Of a DNA stretch of 32,000 bases, positions 8,668-19,567 are shown piece by piece. The stretch is from Candidatus Electronema aureum (GTDB lineage Bacteria > Desulfobacterota > Desulfobulbia > Desulfobulbales > Desulfobulbaceae), in assembly GCA_004284765.1 (NCBI GenBank), contig NQJD01000006.1, positions 74,206-106,205 of the forward strand. The letters are read 5' to 3'. The translations under genes were made by a program, and so were the position numbers. Numbering within the stretch: the first letter of the stretch is position 1; every line of letters starts with the position of its first letter. The notes beneath the pieces were generated by a model. That model was not told the DNA's origin. It saw nothing but the letters and a program-made list of their open reading frames with translations, and did not search any database.

Positions 8668-9756
8668 CTATGGCTTGGTGATGATCGCCATTGCGTCACC
8701 GTAGCTGAAAAAACGATAGCCCTGCGCCACGGCCTCAGCATAAGCGGCAAGAATTCGTGTGCGTCCCACCAATGCTGAAACGAGAAAAAGCAGCGAGGAC
8801 TGGGGCAGATGAAAGTTGGTGATCAAATTATCAACGGCTTTAAAGCGGCAGCCCGGATAGAGATACAACCCGCAAAGGCCCTCGGTCGGTGTAATTCGTC
8901 CTGTCTCATCTGCCGCAAACTCCAAGGTTCGGGTGGTGGTGGTACCCACAGCCCAGATTCTGCCGCCCATTGCCCGCGTAGCATTGACGGCCTCAGCAGT
9001 TTCAACAGGAACACGGACGAATTCTTTGTGAATCTGATGTTCGCGAATGTCGCTGCTGCGTACAGGGGCAAAGGTGCCGTAGCCCACATGCAGAGTGACA
9101 GGGGTCTGTTGAATCCCCTTTTCCTTCAGCTCGTCCAGCAAATTGTGGCTGAAATGCAGCCCAGCCGTGGGCGCAGCCACTGAGCCGATATGGCGAGCGT
9201 ATTCAGTCTGATAACGCAACGAATCAGCGGTGCTGTTGCCCTCTGGTCTTCTGATATAGGGCGGCAGAGGCAGCTGGCCGTGCTGCTCCAGCAGTTGTTC
9301 CAAGTTAGCTGATTCTGGATATAACAGAGTGATACGTACCTTGCCATCCGGCAGAATTTCTTCAACTCGCGCTTGTAGCTCCTCAGCAAAGTGAATCAGA
9401 CTACCTCGCTGCGGACGCTTTGAACTTCTGACCAAGGCCAAGGCCGCTGCCTCACCTGCTTTGCTGCTGGTTTCTGGAAAATGCAACAGCAACAGCTCGG
9501 CCTTACCGCCGGTGTCCTTTACGCCAAACAGTCTGGCCGGAAAAACTTTAGTGTTGTTGACTACCAGCAGGTCTCCGGGGCGCAGCAGCTCGCCAAGTGC
9601 TGCAAAGCGGCTGTGTCTGATCTGGCCTTCCGTACAATCCAGCACCAAAAGCCGCGATTGTTCACGTCGATCAGCAGGTTGCTGGGCGATGAGGTGTTCT
9701 GGGAGAAAATAATCGTACGAGGAGAGACGGAAGTCCTCCGGGATGTTGTCCGGCAT
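8668..9756 (-). CDS. queA: S-adenosylmethionine:tRNA ribosyltransferase-isomerase
   Basis: LSSYDYFLPEHLIAQ, VVNNTKVFPARL, PLPPYI, APTAGLHF, TNFHLPQSSLL and RFFSYGDAM. I trimmed the start from 9966 to ATG 9756 (MPDNIPEDF). The 70 upstream codons are non-homologous and run across a terminator hairpin. Confidence 0.95.
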   Translation of the reverse strand: MPDNIPEDFRLSSYDYFLPEHLIAQQPADRREQSRLLVLDCTEGQIRHSRFAALGELLRPGDLLVVNNTKVFPARLFGVKDTGGKAELLLLHFPETSSKAGEAAALALVRSSKRPQRGSLIHFAEELQARVEEILPDGKVRITLLYPESANLEQLLEQHGQLPLPPYIRRPEGNSTADSLRYQTEYARHIGSVAAPTAGLHFSHNLLDELKEKGIQQTPVTLHVGYGTFAPVRSSDIREHQIHKEFVRVPVETAEAVNATRAMGGRIWAVGTTTTRTLEFAADETGRITPTEGLCGLYLYPGCRFKAVDNLITNFHLPQSSLLFLVSALVGRTRILAAYAEAVAQGYRFFSYGDAMAIITKP

Positions 9757-9773
9757 GATACTGGCAAATATTT

Positions 9774-9814
9774 GGAAAAAGAAAAGGCAGCTGCCGGAGC
9801 TTATCCGGCAGCTG
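9774..9814 (-). terminator. Rho-independent terminator after the secreted-protein gene
   Basis: A perfect 10-bp stem, CAGCTGCCGG (9788-9797) with CCGGCAGCTG (9805-9814), and a 7-nt loop. On the minus strand it is followed by CCUUUUCUUUUUCC (9787-9774). It begins 13 nt after the stop codon at 9827-9829. Confidence 0.7.
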
Positions 9815-9826
9815 AGAAGATGCTGC

Positions 9827-11194
9827 TTAGAGATCAGGCACAGATTCAGGTAAAACGTAGTCGCCGTCGCTTGGATCAGACGGATAAGCGGGTCTGTATT
9901 CCGGGAGATACGGCTTGTCGTAGGTAATTTCGCCGTTCTCGCTACAGAAGGGAGCGCAATCCTCACTTCTGCTGCTCTGTACGCTGACCTTACTGTCTGA
10001 TTTGCCGTCCGCGTCGGTTACCACCGAGATATTGATGTTGGTTTCCGTGCGGCTCCTCTTGCCTTCTATTCTGCTACTCTGCTCATCAACTTCGATTGCC
10101 CGCTCTGCTGGAACGCTGATTGCGCCTTTGCGATCAACAGTGACGCAGGAAATAGTTTTGCTCCCAATGGCAGCAAAGGTGAACACGGTGTCCACTTCAC
10201 GCGGCTGACTGAGCCAACCGGAGCTAACAGGCCGGAACGAAGTTCTATCGGAATCCTCAGCCTTGCATTCCACCTTGATCTGATCACCATCAGGATCAGA
10301 GCCGGGCAGCACGTGGACGTATGCAGGAACATTTACTTTGACCGCTCCTGGACCAAAGCTAATTCTGGGCGAATTCGGTTCCCTGTTATTCTGCTCCACT
10401 CGTATGCTGCGGTTGACCCACGCGCTTGAGCAGCAGCTATTCCGCGTGATACAGGAAATAGTTTTATCACCGGGCGCATAAAAGCGGAAAGGCACCGTAA
10501 CGGTTGCACCTTCCCGAATCCAGCCAGAAGTATAAGGATTGCTCCGGGGGCGATCAGAATCCTCTGCAATACATTGCACCTGCACTAATCCGCCGTCATA
10601 GCGGGAAGAACCAGCGGTCACATGAATGCGGACTTGATTATTGAGCCGAACTGGTTGCGGGCGGTTGGCAATACGAGGTTGTCCCAAATCTTCTCCGCCT
10701 CTGATAGAGGTATTTTCATCATCAAAAGATGAAAGCTCTGAATTTTCTTCGTAGCCGTCGATCTTCAGCGGGCCAACCCAAGCATGACCGTAGCTGTTGA
10801 AGAGATACGCGTAATAGCTCTGCGCCGGACTACGGCTGTCTAACCGCACGGTTAGATTCACCGAACTGTTGCCTAATGGCACAATGTCAGAGGCAACTGA
10901 CGTGCCGTTGTAACTCCCAGTTCGGATAGAGATGTTGCTTTCTGTATTGAAAAATAAGCCGTCCTTCTTGCGGATGGTGAAACGGACAGATGGCCCTCTG
11001 GCCTTAGCGGACATTTCGAGAATTGCTCCCCACGTACCACCGCCTTCTTGAATCCGACGCATTTCAGGGCCGTATCCGGCTGAGGCACTGCCTACCGCGA
11101 TGAATAAAGAAAGAAAAAACACTATACACATGAACAGGCTGCGCTCAAATTGCGCCCTGCTTCTGTCTGCTCTGATGATGCGAGAAAAGATCAT
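9827..11194 (-). CDS. Secreted hypothetical protein with two tandem Ig-like/beta-sandwich-type repeats
   Basis: A 455-aa ORF. A signal-peptide-like segment MCIVFFLSLFIAVGSASA is present, so an alternative start at ATG 11131 is possible. Two paralogous modules of about 85 aa share V.C.AEDSDR...SGW...V.F....KTISC.T (aa about 186-268 and 285-370). The tail is acidic and Pro/Tyr-rich. I recognise no family. Confidence 0.75.
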   Translation of the reverse strand: MIFSRIIRADRSRAQFERSLFMCIVFFLSLFIAVGSASAGYGPEMRRIQEGGGTWGAILEMSAKARGPSVRFTIRKKDGLFFNTESNISIRTGSYNGTSVASDIVPLGNSSVNLTVRLDSRSPAQSYYAYLFNSYGHAWVGPLKIDGYEENSELSSFDDENTSIRGGEDLGQPRIANRPQPVRLNNQVRIHVTAGSSRYDGGLVQVQCIAEDSDRPRSNPYTSGWIREGATVTVPFRFYAPGDKTISCITRNSCCSSAWVNRSIRVEQNNREPNSPRISFGPGAVKVNVPAYVHVLPGSDPDGDQIKVECKAEDSDRTSFRPVSSGWLSQPREVDTVFTFAAIGSKTISCVTVDRKGAISVPAERAIEVDEQSSRIEGKRSRTETNINISVVTDADGKSDSKVSVQSSRSEDCAPFCSENGEITYDKPYLPEYRPAYPSDPSDGDYVLPESVPDL

Positions 11195-11326
11195 AATCTG
11201 CCTCCATCGTAATGAAATTGCTGCTCCGGCTGAAATGCAGGACGCAGAAAGGTTCCGATTGTATTATTATACCCGTAGGAAGACGGGGCGCATAGTTCAT
11301 TCTTTGAGACCACAGGAAGCGGCCTG

Positions 11327-11983
11327 ATGACAATCCTGATTGCAGCGGCAACAGACTTGGAAATGCAGGCTTTTGGCGCAGATAGAGACGCTGTCGCCTA
11401 CGTCCTGCGACTGATCACCGGCATTGGGCCAATGGAAACCGCTTTGTCACTGACCTCCATGCTCCACCAGTACAGCGGACAGATCAGCGCGGTGGTCAAT
11501 TTCGGTATTGCCGGAGCCTATCCTGACAGTCCAGCCCAGCTCTTAGATATCTGCATAGCTAAACAGGAAATTTTAGGCGATCTCGGCATCTGTCTGCCAG
11601 AACGGATCGAACGTTTTGCGGAACGGGGCTTGGCGGTCAGGGACAGCTTTATTTTAGATGATAGATTGCGCAAAGCAGCGGCACAGGCTCTGCGGCACAT
11701 TGGAATTACCTTTCTGCAAGGGAATTTTGTGACCGTGAGCAGTTCAAGCGGCACGACGGAAAGAGCGCAGCAGATAGGCCGTCAATATCAGGGCTTGTGC
11801 GAAAACATGGAAGGCGCGGCAGTGGCTATGGTCTGCGAGGCTTTCCACCTGCCCTGCGTGGAGTTGCGTTGCATCAGCAATAGAGCTGGAGAACGGGATA
11901 GAAAAAACTGGCGACTGCGAGAAGCCTGTCTGCGGACTGGTCAAACAGCTGCTGCGGTGACAGAATTTCTCCTGACGGACTGA
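11327..11983 (+). CDS. mqnB: Futalosine hydrolase (PNP/UDP-1 nucleosidase family)
   Basis: A 218-aa ORF with MTILIAAATDLE, GIGPMETA, NFGIAGAY and ENMEGAAVA, typical of MTA/SAH-nucleosidase-like MqnB. AGGAAG lies 8 nt upstream of the ATG. The MqnB versus generic nucleosidase assignment rests on size and N-terminus only. Confidence 0.7.
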   Translation: MTILIAAATDLEMQAFGADRDAVAYVLRLITGIGPMETALSLTSMLHQYSGQISAVVNFGIAGAYPDSPAQLLDICIAKQEILGDLGICLPERIERFAERGLAVRDSFILDDRLRKAAAQALRHIGITFLQGNFVTVSSSSGTTERAQQIGRQYQGLCENMEGAAVAMVCEAFHLPCVELRCISNRAGERDRKNWRLREACLRTGQTAAAVTEFLLTD

Positions 11984-12026
11984 AGGATGCAGAAAACATC
12001 CTTCAGCCTGCGGAGGATGTTTTCTG
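11982..12026. terminator. Inverted-repeat region between convergent mqnB and mltD (putative bidirectional terminator)
   Basis: There are two mutually exclusive hairpins. One is GAAGGATG/CATCCTTC (11982-12004, 8 bp). The other is CAGAAAACATCC/GGATGTTTTCTG (11990-12026, 12 bp, 13-nt loop). Neither has a classic U-tract after the stem. Confidence 0.5.
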
Positions 12027-12027
12027 T

Positions 12028-14091
12028 CTATCCGTTTTTGATCACCAACGTAACACCAGGTTGAAGTTCGCTGTTGTTCAACCGGTTCCAGTTTTTGATT
12101 TCTTTGGCAGAAACTTGGAGTTTTTTGGAGATGGACCAGAGCGAATCTCCGCTGCGTACTTTGTAATAGCTGACCGAGTCTTCAGCCTCAGCTTTTTGTT
12201 TTTTGCTGCCAGAAAGAGTGATGACCGCAGCTTCGGTTTTCGTGCTTTTCGGCGCAGCAGCAATCAGTTCCGCTCCGGGTTTCCGTTTTGTGCTGCCAGC
12301 AGTCAATTCAACAATACCTGCCGGAGCTGCAACCTCAGCCTCATCAACAACAGGAGCAGGTGCAGTTTCGGCGACAGAGGCCAGCTGAACCGTCTCTTGC
12401 GCAGCCGGATAAACAGTGAGCTGCTGTCCAGCCTTTACTTTACTCGCTTTAGCTATCTTATTCCATTTCATGAGCAGAGCTGTTGGCACGCCGTATTTGT
12501 CGGCCACCTCAGACAGTGTTTCGCCTTTTTTCAGCTTATGCGTGACGAACTCCTGCGTTGCTGCTGCACTCTTTTGCTCTTCAGCAGCGGCAGGTGCTGT
12601 TGTGTTGTTTTTCGCCAGTGCAAGTTGCTCCGAACCAGAAGAGGCCGAAGGAACGCGCAGACTCTGTCCGGCTTTCAACTTTGAAGAACGGAGGTTGTTG
12701 ACCTTGAGCAACGCGGTCAGACTGATGCCGTACTTCTTGCTAATCTGTTGCAGTGTCTCATTTTTGGCAACTTTATGAGATGTAAATTCTCCTGCAACAG
12801 ATGCAAGCGCAACAGGTTTGGCAATCGCCACCGCCTGCGCCTTAGGCAAGTTAGCAGCTACCAGTGCGCTGCGACCCACAGGCACCTTGAGCAGCCAGCC
12901 GCGTTTCGTCTCAGGAACTTGATCTTGAAGCAGATCGTTATTCAAACTACGCAGCTGCTCAACGCTCACAGAGGCACTGGTGGCCACTGCCTGAAGCGGG
13001 GTGTTTGATGGTACGCGAACTAACTCATGCTGCATCGGCCTCATATGCCTGATGTTGCTAAAGCCGTATTGCTGAGGATTGCGAGCAATCAGCACCGCCG
13101 CGATCATCTGGGGGACATAGCGCTTGGTTTCTAACCGCAGATGATCATGCTGGGCCAGTTCCCAAAAATTTTTAGCCTTATATTGTTTCAGCCCCCGCTC
13201 GACTGCGCCTTCGCCAGCATTGTAGGCAGCCACGGCTAAATGCCAGTCACCGAAGCGTTTATACAGAGCCTTGAGATACGCGGCAGCGGCTTTGGTTGAT
13301 TTCTCTGGGTCGCGGCGTTCATCTGCCCAAGAATCAACCCGCAGGCCAAAATTACGGCCCGTGCCGGGAATGAACTGCCACAGCCCAGAAGCGTGGGAAG
13401 GTGAATAGGCCGAAGGGTTGAAGCCTGATTCGATCATGGCCAAGTAGGATAACTCCAGCGGCAGCCCGGCTTTTTCCAGCTCAACAGTAATGAACGGCAT
13501 GTACATGGAGGAACGCTCCATCCAACGGATGAAATTTTTCCGCTGCTTGCCTTGGAACAGATTGAGATAAAACTGTACCTGTTTGTTGACTAACACCGGA
13601 AAATCGCAGGTGCCTCTTCGCCCAGTTGATGTACCCGGTGTGATAACAGCGAATTCTTCCGATTCTTCCGACTCAATTGCAATCGGCTCAGGAACATCGG
13701 CCTGCACTACAGGTACGGCCTCTTTTTTAACTGGGGCTGGAATGACCGGCTCCAGATTGCACTGAACTGTCTGGCCGTTTAAGTTGTCTGCTGTCCATTC
13801 GCCAGTTTTTTTTAGCTCTTCTAACTCTTCTTTCAGTTCTTCTTCAGACTCAACCAGCGTTGGCTCTGGCGTTTCCTGTAGGGCAGGCTGGGCTGCTGGC
13901 TGGGTCGCCTGCTGCCGCTCCTGCTGCTCAAAATAGCGTTCAACAATAAGTCTCAACTGTTCGGAATCATCATCAGTCTCTGCTTTTTGGTCATTATACC
14001 CGCTGCTGGTACTCACCGGTGAGCAGCCCGCAGGGAGTGCTAACGGAACAAGCAGCATGATGTACGAAATGACTTTTTTTGTTTTCTTCAT
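12028..14091 (-). CDS. mltD: Lipoprotein lytic murein transglycosylase with LysM domains (MltD-like)
   Basis: A 687-aa ORF with a lipobox LALPAGC after the signal peptide. The SLT domain carries MIESGFNP...SHASGLWQFIPGTG and AAYNAGEG. There are three clear C-terminal LysM repeats (HKVAKNETLQQISKKYG, HKLKKGETLSEVADKYG, YKVRSGDSLWSISKKL) plus one degenerate repeat. Confidence 0.9.
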   Translation of the reverse strand: MKKTKKVISYIMLLVPLALPAGCSPVSTSSGYNDQKAETDDDSEQLRLIVERYFEQQERQQATQPAAQPALQETPEPTLVESEEELKEELEELKKTGEWTADNLNGQTVQCNLEPVIPAPVKKEAVPVVQADVPEPIAIESEESEEFAVITPGTSTGRRGTCDFPVLVNKQVQFYLNLFQGKQRKNFIRWMERSSMYMPFITVELEKAGLPLELSYLAMIESGFNPSAYSPSHASGLWQFIPGTGRNFGLRVDSWADERRDPEKSTKAAAAYLKALYKRFGDWHLAVAAYNAGEGAVERGLKQYKAKNFWELAQHDHLRLETKRYVPQMIAAVLIARNPQQYGFSNIRHMRPMQHELVRVPSNTPLQAVATSASVSVEQLRSLNNDLLQDQVPETKRGWLLKVPVGRSALVAANLPKAQAVAIAKPVALASVAGEFTSHKVAKNETLQQISKKYGISLTALLKVNNLRSSKLKAGQSLRVPSASSGSEQLALAKNNTTAPAAAEEQKSAAATQEFVTHKLKKGETLSEVADKYGVPTALLMKWNKIAKASKVKAGQQLTVYPAAQETVQLASVAETAPAPVVDEAEVAAPAGIVELTAGSTKRKPGAELIAAAPKSTKTEAAVITLSGSKKQKAEAEDSVSYYKVRSGDSLWSISKKLQVSAKEIKNWNRLNNSELQPGVTLVIKNG

Positions 14092-14446
14092 ATAATAGAA
14101 TTCCAGTTGTCAGATTAAGGATATCCTTCTGATTTACAGGTGCTTTTCCAGAGGATCATCTGGATGCAGTCCGCAAGGCAGCTGTCCATTCTTTGCTTTC
14201 TACCATAAAATGACGACATTTTACAAGGAAAAACATATTCTTGATCTTCTCGCTTCTCTTTACTGTCATTTTTAGTCATATTTTTGTCCGTATTTCAAGC
14301 TGTTTCGCTCTCAACGCTTTGTGCTATCCTGTTCTTCTATCGTTGATTCTGCTGGACAGTCTGAGCGTCAAAGAATATCATGACGGCATGTCAGCGGTCT
14401 TTCCGCAGTTTCGCCTTCCAATTCTTGATTTCTACTCCACGGCAAG

Positions 14447-17400
14447 ATGCGTGTGCGCGGTATTTGTTCCTGTTTTTTCAGGCTCTTTTTCTTTCTTGCA
14501 GTTCTTGGCCTGCTAACGGCGGCAGGAGCATTGGGCTGGGTGTATTGGTTGGTGATCAAAGTGCCTTGCCCGGAAATTGAACCTCATCGCATCGCCTCCA
14601 TTCTTGGTAAAGAAAGCCCGGTTTATTACCGAGATGGACAAGAAAAAATAGGGGTTCTGTTCGAGGATATTCACCGCCAGTATCTGACCTACGAACAACT
14701 GCCGAAAAATTTTGTCAAGGCCTTAGTTGCGGCGGAAGACGATCAGTTTTTCAACCATTACGGAATTGATCTCCCCGGTATTGCCAAAGCAATGCTGGTT
14801 AACTACCAAGCAGGCCGCATCATTCGTGGCGGCAGCACTCTTACTCAGCAGACGGCCAAGAATCTCTTTAAACGTCCTGACCGGAGCTATCAGGCCAAGC
14901 TGAAGGAGATGCTTTACGCTCTGCGCCTCGAACACCGCTATCCCAAAGAAAAGATTCTCGAATTCTACAGCAATCAGTTCTATGTCAGCGGCAACGGCCA
15001 CGGCTTAGGTGTCGCGGCTCGCTATTATTTCGACAAAGAACCAGCCGGACTGAATTTGACCGAAACCGCCTTCATCGCTGGCTCGGTCAAGCGGCCTAAT
15101 TACTACAATCCCTTTATCAAAAAAGACAAGGCTGCGGCTACTGAAGCCCGCCGCAATGCCGAGGAACGGGTCGGCTATGTGCTGGGTAGAATGCTCAAGC
15201 TCGGCATGATCAACCAAGGAGAACATGATGCGGCCAAAAAGGCTGGGCTGAACTTCAAGCGAGGCCGCACCAGTTTTGACCTTAACACGGTCATGGACAT
15301 GGTCAGAAATGGGTTAGCCTCCAAGGCTATGTCTGAGATGCTGGCCCAAAACGGAATCGACAACATCGTCACCTCTGGTGCAAAAATTATCACGACCGTT
15401 GACCAAGCCTTGCAGACCGAAACCCTGTACAGTTTGCGCCGAGAGCTATCTCGTCTCGACGTGCAACTGCGCGGCTATAACCGGGACGAGGTACAGTTAG
15501 AATACAAAGACGCTGAGGGCGATAACAGCGAGGATGAGGACGAAATCAAAGAGAAATCCTTTGTCTTTGGCACGATCAAGGCAATAGACCTGAGTAAAGC
15601 AGAGCAGCCAACAGTCTCGGTCAGTTTCGGCCCTAAGCATCCTGGCGGTATGATTGACCGTCAAGGCTTGGAGCATATACTGACCGCTTTGGCCAAATAT
15701 CGGCGGCAGCAATGGGCCAAGCCGGGGCAAAAAGACCTGAATGACTTGTTAGCACGGCTCAAGCCCGGCGACAAGGTGTATGTCAGCGTACGGGAAGCGG
15801 ATATTTTTGACGGTGTGCTGGCCTTGGAGTTAGAGCGCTATCCCAAGCTGCAAGGCGCGGCCTTAGTGATGCAACAGGGTGCGGTGCGTGCTCTTGCAGG
15901 TGGGGTTGATAACCGCTTTTTCAACCGAGCAGCGGATGCAAAACGACTGATGGGTTCAACGATGAAGCCCTTTCTTTATGCCGCTGCGCTCCAGCTCGGC
16001 TGGAGTCCGCTCGATCATCTCGACAACCGCCGCCGGGTCTTTATCTTCCGTGATCAGGCCTATTTTCCCCGCCCGGATCACAAAAGCCCCTTTTCGCATG
16101 TCTCTATGAGTTGGGCCGGAGTCAAGTCAGAAAACGTGGCCTCAGTGTGGCTGCTGTATCACCTCACTGACAAACTCACGCCTGCCGGGTTGTTAGAAAC
16201 AGCCGCCTCAGTTGATATGACTCCTCGGCCAGAAGAAACCTATCAGGATTTTAGCAGCCGGATGCAAACTGACTTCGGCCTGCGTATCTCCCCTGCTGAT
16301 CTGGACTGTGCGGCATACGAGCAGGCAGTACGCAAGGCAGAGGCAGATTTCCAGTACGAAGGCCGTCAAGACGAGCTATCCCGCTGGAAAACCATTGGCT
16401 GCGGGCAAACTTTCGGCAAATTCCGGACGCAGATATTTAGCTCGATGCAATCCAGTAAACTGAAGGCCGAGCAGAAAGCCGAATACCAAAAGCAGCTCGG
16501 CCTGCTCAGTAATAGTGGTCTCAGCTGGCCTGATTTACAACGTCGGCGGCAGCAGTTGGATAGATACCGCGAGCATCTTGCTCAGATAGACATGCCAGCA
16601 GTGCAGGTGCAGAGCTTTTTTCCGAATGCTGCGGCGGAGCTGCCGCAGCAACCCGCTGAAGATCGTTCTTTTGGTACCTTAGCTGAGGATACTGCGGGGC
16701 GATTGGTTTTCACCTTACGCAGCAGCCTACCAGAAAGCTGGCAGTTCGTGGATCCGTTTGAACTGCGTCGTCGTCTTTCCTCCATGTATTCAGCGGAACA
16801 GGAAACACTCTGGAACAACGTCCTGCTGGAAGGCAGGGTAAGTGCTGGCGGAACCGCCATCGTAGAGCGGCTGATTAGAGCAGAGCGAGCTACTATGGCC
16901 CAGCAGCAGCCCTATTCTGTAGAAATGCTGGTCAGATTCAGGGACTACCGAATCATGCTCGGTCTTCAGTATCTCATCCGACTGGCTCGTGAGGCCGGAG
17001 TCGTTAGCAAGTTAGAACCAGTGCTGTCTTTCCCGCTTGGCTCTAACGTTATCTCGTTGATGGAGAGTGTCCGCATCTACGAGATGCTGGTGACAGGCAA
17101 CCGCTACAATGCCCAACTGGTTGAAGATGCCGCAACCACCTCAGAAGAGGAGCTATCCGGTCAAGACGGTCTTGCTTTGATTGAGCGGATCGAGCAGCCT
17201 GATGGCAAAGTTATCTATGCTCGCCAGCCAGCAGTGAAGCCGGTGTTAGATCAAAAGAGCAGCAGTGAGGTGAGAAGCATCCTCCAGAACGTGGTGCGTT
17301 ACGGCACCGGACATTCAGCCAAGGAGAATGTCCGACTGTCCAGCAGCAGAGAGGAGCAAGCCACTGACACGAAGAAAAGCCCTGCTCTCCCTCTGATGGG

Positions 17401-17884
17401 CAAAACAGGCACGGCCAACGATTACCGCAATACCGCCTTCATCGGTTTTGTGCCAACAGGAACCGACATGGACGGCGAGGCCCTTCTCTCTTCCGCTGGA
17501 TACACGGTGGGCGCGTATGTCGGCTTTGACAGTAATGAGTCGATGAAGCACGGTACGTTCCGGGTGAGCGGCGCATTAGGTGCCTTGCCGATCTGGAACA
17601 GGATTGCCGAAACACTGTACCGACTTGAAGGCGTTGCTGATCGACTTGACCCAGCAGCTCTTGCCCTTGATAGCATCAGCCTCCGATATCCAGAGACCGG
17701 TCAGCTGTTTATGCCGGTGGATGATAAGGGCGGCGGCAGGATGCGGCGGGGCAAGGACGGCATTAAAACCGATATCGCGCCGGAAGAGCCTACCGTACTC
17801 AGTCACGGCGTGCCGGGTCAGTACGGCGGCTTTGAGCCGGAACGCCGCTTTATGCCGTTCTGGGTACATCGACAGTCGCAGTAG
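14447..17884 (+). CDS. Class A penicillin-binding protein (GT51 glycosyltransferase + transpeptidase) with large insertions
   Basis: A 1145-aa ORF with an N-terminal TM anchor. GT51 motifs are EDDQFFNHYGID, GGSTLTQQTAKN and RKxxE-like KLKEMLYALRLE. Transpeptidase motifs are SxxK (STMK, S504), SxN (SEN, 561-563) and KTG (986-988). Confidence 0.9.
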   Translation: MRVRGICSCFFRLFFFLAVLGLLTAAGALGWVYWLVIKVPCPEIEPHRIASILGKESPVYYRDGQEKIGVLFEDIHRQYLTYEQLPKNFVKALVAAEDDQFFNHYGIDLPGIAKAMLVNYQAGRIIRGGSTLTQQTAKNLFKRPDRSYQAKLKEMLYALRLEHRYPKEKILEFYSNQFYVSGNGHGLGVAARYYFDKEPAGLNLTETAFIAGSVKRPNYYNPFIKKDKAAATEARRNAEERVGYVLGRMLKLGMINQGEHDAAKKAGLNFKRGRTSFDLNTVMDMVRNGLASKAMSEMLAQNGIDNIVTSGAKIITTVDQALQTETLYSLRRELSRLDVQLRGYNRDEVQLEYKDAEGDNSEDEDEIKEKSFVFGTIKAIDLSKAEQPTVSVSFGPKHPGGMIDRQGLEHILTALAKYRRQQWAKPGQKDLNDLLARLKPGDKVYVSVREADIFDGVLALELERYPKLQGAALVMQQGAVRALAGGVDNRFFNRAADAKRLMGSTMKPFLYAAALQLGWSPLDHLDNRRRVFIFRDQAYFPRPDHKSPFSHVSMSWAGVKSENVASVWLLYHLTDKLTPAGLLETAASVDMTPRPEETYQDFSSRMQTDFGLRISPADLDCAAYEQAVRKAEADFQYEGRQDELSRWKTIGCGQTFGKFRTQIFSSMQSSKLKAEQKAEYQKQLGLLSNSGLSWPDLQRRRQQLDRYREHLAQIDMPAVQVQSFFPNAAAELPQQPAEDRSFGTLAEDTAGRLVFTLRSSLPESWQFVDPFELRRRLSSMYSAEQETLWNNVLLEGRVSAGGTAIVERLIRAERATMAQQQPYSVEMLVRFRDYRIMLGLQYLIRLAREAGVVSKLEPVLSFPLGSNVISLMESVRIYEMLVTGNRYNAQLVEDAATTSEEELSGQDGLALIERIEQPDGKVIYARQPAVKPVLDQKSSSEVRSILQNVVRYGTGHSAKENVRLSSSREEQATDTKKSPALPLMGKTGTANDYRNTAFIGFVPTGTDMDGEALLSSAGYTVGAYVGFDSNESMKHGTFRVSGALGALPIWNRIAETLYRLEGVADRLDPAALALDSISLRYPETGQLFMPVDDKGGGRMRRGKDGIKTDIAPEEPTVLSHGVPGQYGGFEPERRFMPFWVHRQSQ

Positions 17885-17935
17885 CTTGTATTCGCACCAT
17901 CTGCTGATCTGGTAAACAAGGAGGAGGAGACCAAG

Positions 17936-19537
<1,602 letters not shown>

Positions 19538-19567
19538 GCTGCGCGGTCGCTCTCCTGCTCGCAATGC

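Noticed and set aside
9757-9966. N-terminal extensions given by the ORF track. Affected genes are queA (to 9966), pfk (to 4991), rpe (from 5256), mutM (from 24065), the DUF445 gene (from 26533), envC (from 30623) and ftsZ (from 130).
   Set aside because: The extensions are non-homologous to the known family N-termini. For queA the extension crosses a terminator hairpin and overlaps the upstream gene. Internal ATGs with SD sequences give canonical N-termini, and mutM must begin Met-Pro.
12061-12684. A 207-aa plus-strand ORF and neighbouring ORFs antisense to mltD.
   Set aside because: They are shadow ORFs within the LysM region of a well-supported gene. They are Cys/Arg/Phe-rich with no motifs.
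14241-14516. A 91-aa hydrophobic plus-strand ORF in the mltD/PBP divergent spacer.
   Set aside because: This AT-rich promoter region gives a Phe/Leu/Ser-rich translation. There is no SD, and the ORF runs out of frame into the PBP start.
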